Virus record (IMG/VR): IMGVR_UViG_3300006851_000007
Location: 1-64,000 of that record
DNA from: a virus
Taxonomy: Duplodnaviria; Caudoviricetes
DNA length: 64,000 nucleotides
Direction: 5' to 3' (one strand)
The notes under the pieces were generated by a model. It worked only from the letters and a program-made list of their open reading frames with translations. It was not told the origin of the DNA and did no database searches. Shown piece by piece: positions 47,092-57,466 of the stretch. The first letter of the stretch is position 1, and every line of letters begins with the position of its first letter. Both the position numbers and the translations under genes were made by a program.

Positions 47092-49292
47092 TAAGGTCTG
47101 CTAGCCCACTATCGCTTGCCAGGCAGCAGTATCCGGATCCATTTCTGGACATTGCCAGCACAAAACTCCCCAAGACACAAAAGAAGCTGTTTGAGCTTCT
47201 ATGGCTCTTTGCGACAACACATCCCCAGATATCGCCGATTGTGAAAAAACTGGCGAAATACCCCATTACTAAAATCATTGTTAATGCGGACAATCCCAAA
47301 CTCACAGCAATCGAGAATAAGTGGAAGAGCACGATCGAGAATGATCTAAACTTTTATGAAGCTGCGGAAGCCATGGGTTTGGATTTTTTCGGTTTGGGTA
47401 ACTGCTTCATAGTTGTGCACAGGCCTTTTATCAGGATGTATACTTGCAACAGATGCAAGGAAAGAAATACTGCCGGTACCGTTAAATACAATATTTCTGG
47501 AAAATCAGTTGTTGGGATATGCCCCAAATGCAAGCAGAAAACAACCTTTACTCCCACTGATGAGAAAATCAGGAATCCCAAGGGAATCAGGATAGTACGG
47601 ATACCTCCGCAAGATATGTATATCAAACAGGTTGAGACCACAGGAGAGCATTTTTACTACAGGGAGGTTCCATCGTCTTTAAAAAGGGCGGTTAGCAAGA
47701 CCAGGCCAGATAGGGAGATTATTGACAACACTCCGTGGGATTATGTCAGGGCCGCTCTTGAAGGAAAAAAAATAAGGTTTAGGGAGGGTAAAATACTTCA
47801 TCTTAAAGAACCCTCCGTTTCGGGAAAGAGTTCTGAGTGGGGGACTCCGATCATCATGGCCGGACTAAAAGATGCGTACTTAAATCAAATATATAAGAAG
47901 GCCGACGAGTCGGTGGCCAATGAAAGGTCTGTTCCAGCCAGATTTGTGTACCCTCAGCCAACATCAGATAACCCGCTCGGGACGATATCTTTAGCAAAGT
48001 TTTCCAACTTTATGGGGCAATCTCTAAGGCGGTGGAGGCATGACAAGAATGCTGTGATGGTGTCCCCATTCCCTGTTGGGGTGGCTGAAGTGGGGGGTGA
48101 CGCACAGAGGCTGAATACAGCGAACCTCCGCCAACTCACAATAAGGGAGATTATTGGATCCACCGGGGTTCCTGAGGGTTTTCTTGCAGACGGGATGACC
48201 TGGAGCGGCGGGTCTGTACAGTTAAGAATGCTCGAAAACATGATCATGGGGTACAAAAGAGCTCTTGACAGGATGCTTTGGTTCGTCGTCTCTGAGGTTG
48301 AGAAGATAACCGAGTGGCCTCATGTGGACGTTCACATGAAACCATTCAGGATGGCTGACGACATCCAGATGCTTCAAATTTTATTGCAGTTGGCACAACT
48401 TAAGCATGTCTCGTTTGAGGAAATACTTGAGAGGATTGATCTTGATTGGGAAGAAGAACATAAAAAGGTGCTAAGAGAGACCGAGAAGGTCATGGACATC
48501 AATCTCAAAGAGTCCCTACTCGAGGTTAAGTCGATGCTTCAGGCGGTTGATTACCAAGTGGAGGTCCAGGGTAGAGAATCGTCAGTAACAGAATTGATAC
48601 AAGAGAAGAACAAGTCTGAGGAGGCCACAACCTCTCACCTCAAGAGGATACAGTCCTTTGATGAGTATAAGGACAGTATTGAGGAGCGGGATGCCGAGGC
48701 TGGTCAGGAAGAGGCTCAGGAGCAACAACAGGCCGCTAATGTCAAACAAACCTTAGATGCTGCAAGGGCGGAGAAATACAAGGCTGAGGCGGCAAGAACA
48801 GAGTCTCGCATAGCTCCAATAGTTCAGAATCTGACGGATAGGCTTATGAGAATGAGTGAGGGTGAGCGAAACAACAGACTTCAAGCCTTGGTGGAGTCGG
48901 CACCAGTAATAGCAGAGCAGGTCCAGGAGCAACTTGAATTGAGAATGTCTGGTAGCGGGCAGCAAGCTGAGGAGGGCGAAGAGCAAGTTGAGGGAGGCGG
49001 GGATCACACTGAGGAGCCTGCTGAAACTCAAGGTGGATCCAGTGAGGATCCTTCCGAGGTGCTTAACAGACTCAGGACGGAAAGCAAGAGTCCCGCAGAT
49101 ATGGCAAATTCCATCATAATGCTCCCAGGTAACATCAGACAGGCTGTGTTTGCACAACTTCGACAAGAGGATCCCCAGCTTGCCATAACCGTTATGCGAG
49201 AACTTGTGGGTAGCAGAAAAAAAGGTAGAGGTGGAGGTGGGTCGATAAGCCCACCCCAGCCCGAACAAAGACCTCCGAGGAGTAACCAATGA
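47088..49292 (+). CDS. portal protein (with Zn-ribbon insertion and long acidic C-terminal tail)
   Basis: ISPIVKKLAKYPIT, D..GLGNCFI, ILHLKEP..WGTPII, IIGSTGVP; near terminase. Confidence 0.7.
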   Translation: MIRSASPLSLARQQYPDPFLDIASTKLPKTQKKLFELLWLFATTHPQISPIVKKLAKYPITKIIVNADNPKLTAIENKWKSTIENDLNFYEAAEAMGLDFFGLGNCFIVVHRPFIRMYTCNRCKERNTAGTVKYNISGKSVVGICPKCKQKTTFTPTDEKIRNPKGIRIVRIPPQDMYIKQVETTGEHFYYREVPSSLKRAVSKTRPDREIIDNTPWDYVRAALEGKKIRFREGKILHLKEPSVSGKSSEWGTPIIMAGLKDAYLNQIYKKADESVANERSVPARFVYPQPTSDNPLGTISLAKFSNFMGQSLRRWRHDKNAVMVSPFPVGVAEVGGDAQRLNTANLRQLTIREIIGSTGVPEGFLADGMTWSGGSVQLRMLENMIMGYKRALDRMLWFVVSEVEKITEWPHVDVHMKPFRMADDIQMLQILLQLAQLKHVSFEEILERIDLDWEEEHKKVLRETEKVMDINLKESLLEVKSMLQAVDYQVEVQGRESSVTELIQEKNKSEEATTSHLKRIQSFDEYKDSIEERDAEAGQEEAQEQQQAANVKQTLDAARAEKYKAEAARTESRIAPIVQNLTDRLMRMSEGERNNRLQALVESAPVIAEQVQEQLELRMSGSGQQAEEGEEQVEGGGDHTEEPAETQGGSSEDPSEVLNRLRTESKSPADMANSIIMLPGNIRQAVFAQLRQEDPQLAITVMRELVGSRKKGRGGGGSISPPQPEQRPPRSNQ

Positions 49293-49684
49293 GTGCCAAG
49301 TCAACCCCAATGGGTAATCCCTTTTTTATCAATGAGACAGATCTTGCTTTCTCCGACAGGAGGACCAAGTTCCACTCGAGAATCTTTGTGCTCTCAAAGC
49401 ATGGTGGGGATAATGAAGAATATGAAGAGCTTATGAATTCTCTACATCCGTTTGACCAGGAGTCAAACATGATAGTTAACCCCTACAGTAAGATCATAAG
49501 ATCTATTGACAGTGAGGGTAATATCGTAGTCCATGTCGAATATCTAGAGCTTCTCGAGGATGAGCCCGACTACCTGGCAATGGCTAGAAGTATGGCTGAA
49601 AGGGAGGGTAGAGCCGGGGACGAGGAATTTATTAAATATCTAGAAAGAAGCCTGAGGTCTAGCGCCAACTCTATCAACTGGTGA
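49289..49684 (+). CDS. hypothetical protein
   Basis: 131 aa, ATGA-coupled to portal. Confidence 0.65.
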   Translation: MSAKSTPMGNPFFINETDLAFSDRRTKFHSRIFVLSKHGGDNEEYEELMNSLHPFDQESNMIVNPYSKIIRSIDSEGNIVVHVEYLELLEDEPDYLAMARSMAEREGRAGDEEFIKYLERSLRSSANSINW

Positions 49685-49702
49685 GCATCATTAGCTTAAT
49701 AG

Positions 49703-49731
49703 CCTCCGGTATAATATAATATCACCGGAGG
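49703..49731 (+). promoter_or_regulatory. SD-sequestering hairpin with promoter in the loop
   Basis: CCTCCGGT-ATAATATAATATC-ACCGGAGG; the 3' arm contains the GGAGG SD of the RNAP gene. Confidence 0.65.
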
Positions 49732-49736
49732 TGCTC

Positions 49737-52700
49737 ATGAACTTTGAAATATCTTTTGAAACCCACAAAAATCTTTTAAAAAATCTTGAATCTGAGATCA
49801 AGAAGGTGTTGGCTGTCTCAGACGGCAACAGATCTCTTGAGGTTGAGAGTGTTGATATTCCCACTCTTGATACAACAGAAAATCTTGCCGCTGAAAAAGC
49901 GGCCAAAGTACAGGGAATTTCTTATACTGAGCCATTAAGGGCGACACTTGTCCTTAAGGAGGACGGGAAGGTTATCAACAGAGGCAAGGTGAAGATAATG
50001 GACCTTCCCCGAATAACCTCTCGCGGATCCTATATAGTGAGTGGCGGAGAATATACGTTCCCCTTGCAGAAGCGCCTAATCCCCGGGGTGTACGTCCAAG
50101 AAAAGGATGACGGCACTATATCAGGATGGATGAACTCCGGGAAGGGGGTCAATATGACCATAATCCTCAGAGAGGGTGGGGATTTTTTATTGAAAGTCGG
50201 CACTGGCCATATAAACCTGACCGCATTCCTGTTAGGTATGGGTGCACCTGCCGATACTCTACGAAAGGTGTGGGGGAGAGAGGTATATGAAACAAATATA
50301 GCATCCAGAGGGGCAAATGACCCTCTGGGGGCGCTTAAAAGTTTCTATAGCAGGGTGAAGTATCCTACAGACGAACCTTTTGTCACGGATGATATTCCTG
50401 GGTACAGGAAGTGGATTAGTGATTATTTTAGGGACAAGTCTGAATTCGATGCAGATAATGTGGAGATAACCCTGGGGGTAAAACATTCGAGCAACGGCAT
50501 CGGTCTCATGCTGGACACCACCAGGAAAATCCTGGCTGTATCCAGGGGTGAAAAGGAGGAGGATAACAGAGAATCGCTTATCCATAACCATATATATGAC
50601 CTGTCCGACTTTATCATAGAAAGGATAAATCAAAGGCAATACAAAAGTCGTATAACCAGGACTATTAGAAGAAATATAAAACGATATAACAAAGTTTCGG
50701 ATATATACTCAAAAGATTTACTGCAAACCCCGGTAGAATCTACATTCACACAGACAAGCCTGAGTCGTATGCCGAAGCAGACAAACCCTATGGACGTCAT
50801 ATCTTCATTTACGGAGATAACGGTCATGGGGGAGGGTGGAATTCGCGATGTTCATGCGATTCAATCCGATACAAGGGCTATCGACCCATCCCACCTGGCA
50901 TTTCTTGATCTCGCCCACACGCCAGAAGGGATAAATATCGGTACCAGCCTCCACATAGCTCATGGTGTTAGAAAAAAGGGGAAAAATCTTGTCAATAAAT
51001 TTTACGATGTCAAGACTGGCAAGTCTGTCGACCTGACGCCAAGAGAAGCGTTTAGTAAGTATATAATTTTTGCGGAGAGTTATAACAAGGACACTAAAAG
51101 AATAAAAACGGAAAAAGATGGCAGGGTTAAAGCCACGCACAAGGGTGAGATAAAGAAAATACCCCCATCAAAAGCTCAGTATGCTATTCGTACTACTACT
51201 GACATGTTTGATGTTAATACTATGGCGATCCCGTTTCTGTCTCACAACAACGGAACCAGGGTCATGACTGCCGCAAAAATGCAGACTCAGGCAAAGCCCT
51301 TGAAGTACCGCGAAGAGCCTGTAGTCAGATGTGCTATTCATGAAAGGTCTGACAAGACCGTAGAAGAGATTATGGGGAGAAGGAGTGCTCAAGAGTCTCC
51401 TGTGGACGGAGTGGTGAAAAAGGTTGGTAGAGACGAAGTTATAATCACCGACTCCTCTGGTAAAGATCACCGCGTGGGGATATTCCACAACTTTTGGATG
51501 AATGAGAACAACTATATCTCTTCAGAGGTTAAGGTAAAAAAGGGGGATAAAGTCAAGAAAGGTCAGATTATTGCTGACAACAATTACACCAAGAATGGTG
51601 TCATGGCTTTGGGCACAAATCTGAACGTCGCATATGTGGCCTATAAGGGTCTGAATCATGAGGACGGGGTGGTGGTATCCGAGACGGGAGCCAAGAAATT
51701 AACATCCCTCCACTCGTACCAGAAATCATGCCCCATAAACGACAATGACGTGACAGATAAGAGGAGGTATATAGCCTTTTTCCCCGCCATATTTACAAGA
51801 GAACAGCTTGATATGGTGGATGACAACGGTGTCGTTAAGCCTGGACAGACGGTGAAAAAGGGTGATCCCCTTTTATTGAAAATGAGAAAGGTGGAGGAGG
51901 AGGCTGTATCCAAGCAGTTGCAAAATATATCCAGACTCCTTGTTCAAGACTTCAGGGACACCTCAGTTATATGGGATATGGATGTTCCTGGGGAAGTCGC
52001 GGAAGTCCATGTTCGCAAGAAAGACATCCTTATCGTTGTCAAGACGGAAGAAGTGGCGAGAGTCGGAGATAAACTTGTAGGCAGGTACGGAAACAAAGGC
52101 ACCATTGTTACAATCTTGCCTGATAATGAAATGCCTAAGAATGAGGACGGCACCCCCATGGATATTCTTCTTAACCCGGATGGAGTTCCCGGAAGAATGA
52201 ATATGGGACAGATACTGGAAACCACAGCCTCCAGGATAGCTGATAAGACAGGCAAGCCCTACATAGCCAAACCGTTTGGTGGAGATTATACAAGAACCCT
52301 GGAGAAAGAGCTTAAGAGTCATAACCTTAAGGATCACGGAAGATTGATAGATGGGGATAGGTCCATTGATGGGGTTCTTCATGGCAAGCAGTACTTTTTC
52401 AAACTTGAGCACCAGGTTGATGTTAAAATGTCAGCAAGGGGAGCTGGCCCTGGATACTCCTATACGTCAGACGGCCAACCAGGACAGGGTGGGGGTCAAT
52501 CTGGAAGATCTATAGGTTTGGGTGAAATGTATGCCCTGCTTGCCCACGGGGCAGATATAAACATTAAGGAGATGTACACCTTTAAGGGGGATAAACAGCT
52601 GGAGATATGGAGGGCTATCGAAAGTGGTACATTTGTCCCCCCTCCGGATATGCCATACTCATCCAAAAAGTTTGCTGAGATGTTGAGGGGGATGGGGATT

Positions 52701-55700
52701 AACCTACAGGAGAGTTCTGGAGAGGTTAAGATGGTCCCCTTCTTAGACAGAGATGTGAAAAAAATCTCCAGCGGTGCTATTAAGGATGCTACGGCCCTCA
52801 GAGCGAAAGACCTTAAAGAGGAGGATGGTGGCATCTTTGATCTCAACACCACCGGTGGGCTGATAGGGACTAAGTGGTCTCACGTCAATCTTGCCGAACC
52901 AATACCTCACCCAACTTTTGAGGATTCTATTTTAGCTGTAACGGGCTTAAGTAGAAAGGATTTCTTGGGGGTGGTATCTGGGACCAGGGGTGTGGTTAAA
53001 GGGGAGGTTGTAGACCCGGACACACCAGGAGCCCTGGTTGGAGGTGAGGCTATAAAAAAGATGCTTGGTGACATCGATATAGACAAGAGATTGAAAGAGA
53101 TAGCCGAAATAGCTCCAACAAAAAGAGGCTCTGACCTCAACAAGCTACACAGAGAAGCGAGGGTTCTAAAAAACTTTCGTGACAACAAAATAAAACTCAC
53201 CGAGATGGTCGTTGAAACCATGCCTGTTATCCCCCCTCAATACAGGCCCGTTCTGGAGCTCCCCAACGGAGATATTTCTGTTGCCGATATAAACGAGCAT
53301 TATAGGGCGACTATACTGGTCAACAATCAGCTTAAAGAGTACAGAAATAGGCCAGGATTAAGAGATGAGGCGAGTAGAATTAGAAGGGATTTGTACGACT
53401 CGTATGCGGGAGTACTTGGATTTTCTGCCGGGCTTGTAGACAAGCCTGACGTAAAAGGTATTGCCAGCACCATATCGGGGTCGAGTCCTAAGTATGGCTA
53501 TTACCAGTCCAGACTAATGAAGAGGAGACAAGACACCTCCGGAACAGGTGTTATTGGGGTGGACCCCAAACTCAGCATGGACGAGATAGGTATCCCCGAG
53601 AATATGGCATGGGAGATATTTAAGCCATACACGCTTAAAGAATTAAGGTCCATGGGATTCACATCCATTAAAGCAAGAGAGGAGATCGAAGAGAGAAGTA
53701 AGGTGGCAAAGGACGCTCTTATACGCGTCATGGACAAAAGGCTTGTAATTGCTAACAGAGCCCCTACCCTACACAAGTTCTCCATTATGGCATTTAAGCC
53801 TAAGCTGATTCCAGGTTCGGCTATCCACCTGCCTGTTGAGGTTCTGGGAGGCTTTAATGCTGACCTTGATGGAGACACTTTTGGTATACACGTGCCATCT
53901 TCGCAGGAGGCGATAGAGGAGGCCAAGACTATGCTTCCTTCTAATAATATCTACGCTCCAGGGAGCGGTAGGGATAAGGTTGTGCCTGGCCTTAGCAAAG
54001 AATATATGGTCGGTATCTATAAGCTGACTAGGTCTATAAAAAGGAAAAATGTAACCTACAATTCCCCATCTGAGGCTGTCAGGGATGCTGAGGGTGAGAG
54101 GTTGGAGTGGACAGATAATATCAACGTCAAGGGGATAGGCAGGACAACTCCAGGAAGGATTAAGATCAATAGCTATATTCCTGAGAAACTCAGAGATTAT
54201 AATGCTGAGTTTGACAAAAGCAAGATCAATAGCACTCTCGATGAGATCTATAGAGAGTACGGGAAGAACGCTTTTCTCAAAGCTATTGAGGGGTGGAAGC
54301 ATGCCGGTAGAGAGTTTGTCTACACCTCAGGATCAAGCTTGTTGCTGTCAGACCTAAGGGCTTTTACTAAAGAGAAGGATGCTCTTTACGATGAGGCTGA
54401 CAAAAAGGTTGATAAAATAAGGAAAATGAAAACCCTGTCAGACAAAGAAAAAGAAAAGAGGATTATCGAAGTCTACTCTGAGGTTGATAAAAAGATTGCA
54501 AAAAGATCTACAGTCTTGGGGGATAATGCATCCGGCAGATCCAACAATATGAATAATATGGTTTCTGCTGGAATGTCAAAACCAGGGGTAGTTCAGATGA
54601 AACAGATAGTCGGAGCTGTTGGGCTTATGACTGACCACAGACAAAGAATTATCCCCGAGCCTGTTCGTGGTAACTATGCTGACGGGTTATCATCTTCAGA
54701 TTTTTACTCCCATATGTTCTCCCAGAGGAAGGGGATGATCGACAAATCAAGATCTGTTTCCGGGCCTGGGCAACTATCTAAAGAGCTAACAAATACAGCT
54801 GCGAGATATAAGGTGGTCCAGGTCGATTGTGGGACTAATAATGGCAGAGAGGTCCCCGTTGATAGGCACGCCTTGGATAGGGTTATACAGGAGACCGTTT
54901 CTGGGGTGAGAAAAGGTAGCGTGATCGATACCGATGCTCTCGAGAAGATAAAGAAGTCCGGCAAAGCCAGCATTAAGGTGAGAACCGTGTTTGATTGTGA
55001 GTCTGCCGGAGGCGTATGTGCAAAATGTTTTGGCTATGACGAGAGTGGGGGCTTTCCTGATGTGGGTAAGAACATCGGAGTTTCTGAGATTCAGTCTATT
55101 ACCGAAAGGTCGGTGCAGCTGCCTATGAAGGCATTTCATACTGGAGGTGTCGCCTCTGGAGGTGGGGTGTCTGGTAGTGCGTTTGAGCGCGCTCTTGAGG
55201 TGTTCAGAATGCCAGAAAATGTAAAAAACAAAGCGATACTGGCAGAGAGTGATGGAATCGTGTCAAAGGTGAGAAAATCCGGTTATGGGGGATATTTTGT
55301 TACAGTAGGGGCTAAGGAGTATCGTGTACCCAAGAGTGTCGAAGTGTCTGTTAAGGTTGGAGACAGGGTTAAAAAGGGTGACAGGCTTACCACCGGGTCT
55401 ATTAAGCATCAGGAATTATTGAAACTAAAAGGAGTGTCTGCCGTACAGGATCAGATGGCTCAAGACCTTCATGAGACCTTCTTAAGCGCAGGGGTGAAGG
55501 CTCAGAAAAAAACATTTGAGATGGCTGCAAAAATGTACACCGAACAGGTGAGGGTCATAGACCCCGGGGATTGTAAAGATTTTGTGACTGGAGACTATTC
55601 AACCATCTCGAAGGTTGAGGGGTGGAACAGAAAGAATCCATCAAAAAGGAGAATTAAGTACATGAATATTCTGCCGGGGTCTCTATCCACACCACAGAGG

Positions 55701-55862
55701 AGTGACGACTGGGCCCAGAGAATGGCTCTTGGGAGAATCAAGAAAACTCTTCGAGACTCTGCGGGACAGGGGGCGTCAAGTATGCGTGATGGTACAGGGT
55801 CTCCGTTTGCAGATATTGTTCTGGGCCCGGGCACTCGCCTCACAGCTCCAGGAGAAGTGTGA
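49737..55862 (+). CDS. rpoBC: DNA-directed RNA polymerase, fused beta-beta' single chain
   Basis: beta: TPEGINIG, KMQTQA, NHEDG, GDKLVGRYGNKG, LNPDGVPGRMN, YFFKLEH; beta': PVIPPQYRP, NRAPTLH, FNADLDGD, DCGT..C..C..C, MKAFHTGG. Confidence 0.95.
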   Translation: MNFEISFETHKNLLKNLESEIKKVLAVSDGNRSLEVESVDIPTLDTTENLAAEKAAKVQGISYTEPLRATLVLKEDGKVINRGKVKIMDLPRITSRGSYIVSGGEYTFPLQKRLIPGVYVQEKDDGTISGWMNSGKGVNMTIILREGGDFLLKVGTGHINLTAFLLGMGAPADTLRKVWGREVYETNIASRGANDPLGALKSFYSRVKYPTDEPFVTDDIPGYRKWISDYFRDKSEFDADNVEITLGVKHSSNGIGLMLDTTRKILAVSRGEKEEDNRESLIHNHIYDLSDFIIERINQRQYKSRITRTIRRNIKRYNKVSDIYSKDLLQTPVESTFTQTSLSRMPKQTNPMDVISSFTEITVMGEGGIRDVHAIQSDTRAIDPSHLAFLDLAHTPEGINIGTSLHIAHGVRKKGKNLVNKFYDVKTGKSVDLTPREAFSKYIIFAESYNKDTKRIKTEKDGRVKATHKGEIKKIPPSKAQYAIRTTTDMFDVNTMAIPFLSHNNGTRVMTAAKMQTQAKPLKYREEPVVRCAIHERSDKTVEEIMGRRSAQESPVDGVVKKVGRDEVIITDSSGKDHRVGIFHNFWMNENNYISSEVKVKKGDKVKKGQIIADNNYTKNGVMALGTNLNVAYVAYKGLNHEDGVVVSETGAKKLTSLHSYQKSCPINDNDVTDKRRYIAFFPAIFTREQLDMVDDNGVVKPGQTVKKGDPLLLKMRKVEEEAVSKQLQNISRLLVQDFRDTSVIWDMDVPGEVAEVHVRKKDILIVVKTEEVARVGDKLVGRYGNKGTIVTILPDNEMPKNEDGTPMDILLNPDGVPGRMNMGQILETTASRIADKTGKPYIAKPFGGDYTRTLEKELKSHNLKDHGRLIDGDRSIDGVLHGKQYFFKLEHQVDVKMSARGAGPGYSYTSDGQPGQGGGQSGRSIGLGEMYALLAHGADINIKEMYTFKGDKQLEIWRAIESGTFVPPPDMPYSSKKFAEMLRGMGINLQESSGEVKMVPFLDRDVKKISSGAIKDATALRAKDLKEEDGGIFDLNTTGGLIGTKWSHVNLAEPIPHPTFEDSILAVTGLSRKDFLGVVSGTRGVVKGEVVDPDTPGALVGGEAIKKMLGDIDIDKRLKEIAEIAPTKRGSDLNKLHREARVLKNFRDNKIKLTEMVVETMPVIPPQYRPVLELPNGDISVADINEHYRATILVNNQLKEYRNRPGLRDEASRIRRDLYDSYAGVLGFSAGLVDKPDVKGIASTISGSSPKYGYYQSRLMKRRQDTSGTGVIGVDPKLSMDEIGIPENMAWEIFKPYTLKELRSMGFTSIKAREEIEERSKVAKDALIRVMDKRLVIANRAPTLHKFSIMAFKPKLIPGSAIHLPVEVLGGFNADLDGDTFGIHVPSSQEAIEEAKTMLPSNNIYAPGSGRDKVVPGLSKEYMVGIYKLTRSIKRKNVTYNSPSEAVRDAEGERLEWTDNINVKGIGRTTPGRIKINSYIPEKLRDYNAEFDKSKINSTLDEIYREYGKNAFLKAIEGWKHAGREFVYTSGSSLLLSDLRAFTKEKDALYDEADKKVDKIRKMKTLSDKEKEKRIIEVYSEVDKKIAKRSTVLGDNASGRSNNMNNMVSAGMSKPGVVQMKQIVGAVGLMTDHRQRIIPEPVRGNYADGLSSSDFYSHMFSQRKGMIDKSRSVSGPGQLSKELTNTAARYKVVQVDCGTNNGREVPVDRHALDRVIQETVSGVRKGSVIDTDALEKIKKSGKASIKVRTVFDCESAGGVCAKCFGYDESGGFPDVGKNIGVSEIQSITERSVQLPMKAFHTGGVASGGGVSGSAFERALEVFRMPENVKNKAILAESDGIVSKVRKSGYGGYFVTVGAKEYRVPKSVEVSVKVGDRVKKGDRLTTGSIKHQELLKLKGVSAVQDQMAQDLHETFLSAGVKAQKKTFEMAAKMYTEQVRVIDPGDCKDFVTGDYSTISKVEGWNRKNPSKRRIKYMNILPGSLSTPQRSDDWAQRMALGRIKKTLRDSAGQGASSMRDGTGSPFADIVLGPGTRLTAPGEV

Positions 55863-56371
55863 TGACAGTACTAATGAAAGTTGCATCCTCTACTGCTTTT
55901 AGCAAGAAGGTGGAGGGGTATAACGGTGCTGACCCTATTAATGTATATCAAAAAGTGGGATACAGCCTTCACGAGAAAGGCAGAATGATGAAGAGGGCGG
56001 CTGTTGAGCACAGGTTTAATAGAGCGAAGAGAGACCTGGAAGAAAGAGGTGTCAGGGCGTATAGTCTGCATAAGAGGATAGCTATACCCAAAAAAGAATT
56101 ATCACTAAAGGACTTAAGGAGGCTTGGATTTAGGTCAAGCTACACAGGAATACCGGAACCAGGTCAGGTTAGATTTGTTTCATACAGACACAGGGACGGG
56201 TACCATATTCATGATCATGGAGACCATTGGGTAATGCATAAGGATGCCTACAATCCCCTCAATGTCGGAATTAAGGGGCTAATCATGCACGGAAAGGAGG
56301 AGGCCCTCCCGGCCTTTAAAGATTTTGTCAACTGGGATAAGGGAGCTATAATGAAGTACATTCCGGTATGA
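55859..56371 (+). CDS. basic putative virion protein (KVAS motif)
   Basis: MTVLMKVASS; His-rich HIHDHGDHWVMH. Confidence 0.65.
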   Translation: MMTVLMKVASSTAFSKKVEGYNGADPINVYQKVGYSLHEKGRMMKRAAVEHRFNRAKRDLEERGVRAYSLHKRIAIPKKELSLKDLRRLGFRSSYTGIPEPGQVRFVSYRHRDGYHIHDHGDHWVMHKDAYNPLNVGIKGLIMHGKEEALPAFKDFVNWDKGAIMKYIPV

Positions 56372-56383
56372 TGTGAGATCTTC

Positions 56384-56869
56384 ATGAGTGCACTTATAAA
56401 GGTTGCTTTCCTGTTTAAGAGGGAGAGGGAGAATATAAATCAGGCCCTGGCGGATGTTTCTGCTGCATCCAGAGGGATAGGCAACCTGTCTGGAGACTTG
56501 TCTCAAACATCGAAGGACATCCGTATGGGTGTAGGACACTTGAGCGATAGGGTCACCAACCTTGACGAGAATATTGGATTGATGGTGTCTAGAGTTAGAG
56601 ATAGCCAACAGCAGGCATCGCAAGCTCTGCATGGAACAATTGTCGGGGCTGGAGCTCTTGCTGCCCTGAGGGGGGCCAGACATGACGATGACTTCTTAAG
56701 GAGGGTGTCTAGAGGGTATTTAGGAGGAGCTGCAATCGGCGGGGTTTCTGGATACCTGAAACACAGGTCTGGGTCTGGAGATGATTTACTAACAGACATC
56801 CTAAGGGGTAGTAATGTCGGTGGAATAACAGGCGCCGTCGCAGGCGGCGCCTATCATAATATAAGGTGA
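56384..56869 (+). CDS. glycine-zipper putative virion protein (KVA motif)
   Basis: MSALIKVAF; coiled coil then GxxxG repeats. Confidence 0.65.
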   Translation: MSALIKVAFLFKRERENINQALADVSAASRGIGNLSGDLSQTSKDIRMGVGHLSDRVTNLDENIGLMVSRVRDSQQQASQALHGTIVGAGALAALRGARHDDDFLRRVSRGYLGGAAIGGVSGYLKHRSGSGDDLLTDILRGSNVGGITGAVAGGAYHNIR

Positions 56870-56872
56870 AGT

Positions 56873-57466
56873 ATGACTATTTTGTTAGAAAACAACAACC
56901 GGGGTGCGAGCCTATCCGGTGGAAATGTTGGCTCAGCATTGATAATGAAGCTGGCAAGTCTTAGTGACTACAACTCTCTTGACCCTGAGTCTAAGAAAGT
57001 TCTCGGTCTTGGGACCAGGCTTAAGTATGAGGCTCAAAACAAGATAAGAGGGTTAAGGGAGTCTGCATCAAAAAGAATTGCTCCCAAAAGTGGGTCCGCG
57101 GCCAGGAATATAACCCCAGCCGGGATTGGTACGACTGGTGCTATTAGTGGTGGTTCTGTTAGCCCTGCTGGCCCCACAGCTCTTGCCACTACCTCCAAAA
57201 CTAAGCCTATATCTGGCAGTGTTAGCGCTGCTGGGTCTGGACCCATGAAGGTTCCTGGTGGAGTCAGCGCTGCTGGCGTCAATACCCCGAAATCTCCAGG
57301 AAGGCTGTCCAGTCTGGCGAACAGAGCCAAGCCCTTTTTAAACAAACATAAAAAAGCAATAGGTATTGGGGCGGGGTCGCTAGCTGTGGGTGCAGGAGCC
57401 ATGCATTTGATGAACAAAAGGAGGCAGAGACGGCAGGAGCAGCAAGAATCTCAACAGAGGAGGTAG
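56873..57466 (+). CDS. basic low-complexity putative virion protein (KLAS motif)
   Basis: LIMKLASL; SVSAAG repeats; GIGAGSLAVGAGA segment. Confidence 0.65.
   Translation: MTILLENNNRGASLSGGNVGSALIMKLASLSDYNSLDPESKKVLGLGTRLKYEAQNKIRGLRESASKRIAPKSGSAARNITPAGIGTTGAISGGSVSPAGPTALATTSKTKPISGSVSAAGSGPMKVPGGVSAAGVNTPKSPGRLSSLANRAKPFLNKHKKAIGIGAGSLAVGAGAMHLMNKRRQRRQEQQESQQRR

Noticed and set aside
49737-55862. Host chromosomal rpoBC or bacterial contamination
   Set aside because: Flanked by portal and terminase, no ribosomal-protein operon context, strongly reduced and divergent.
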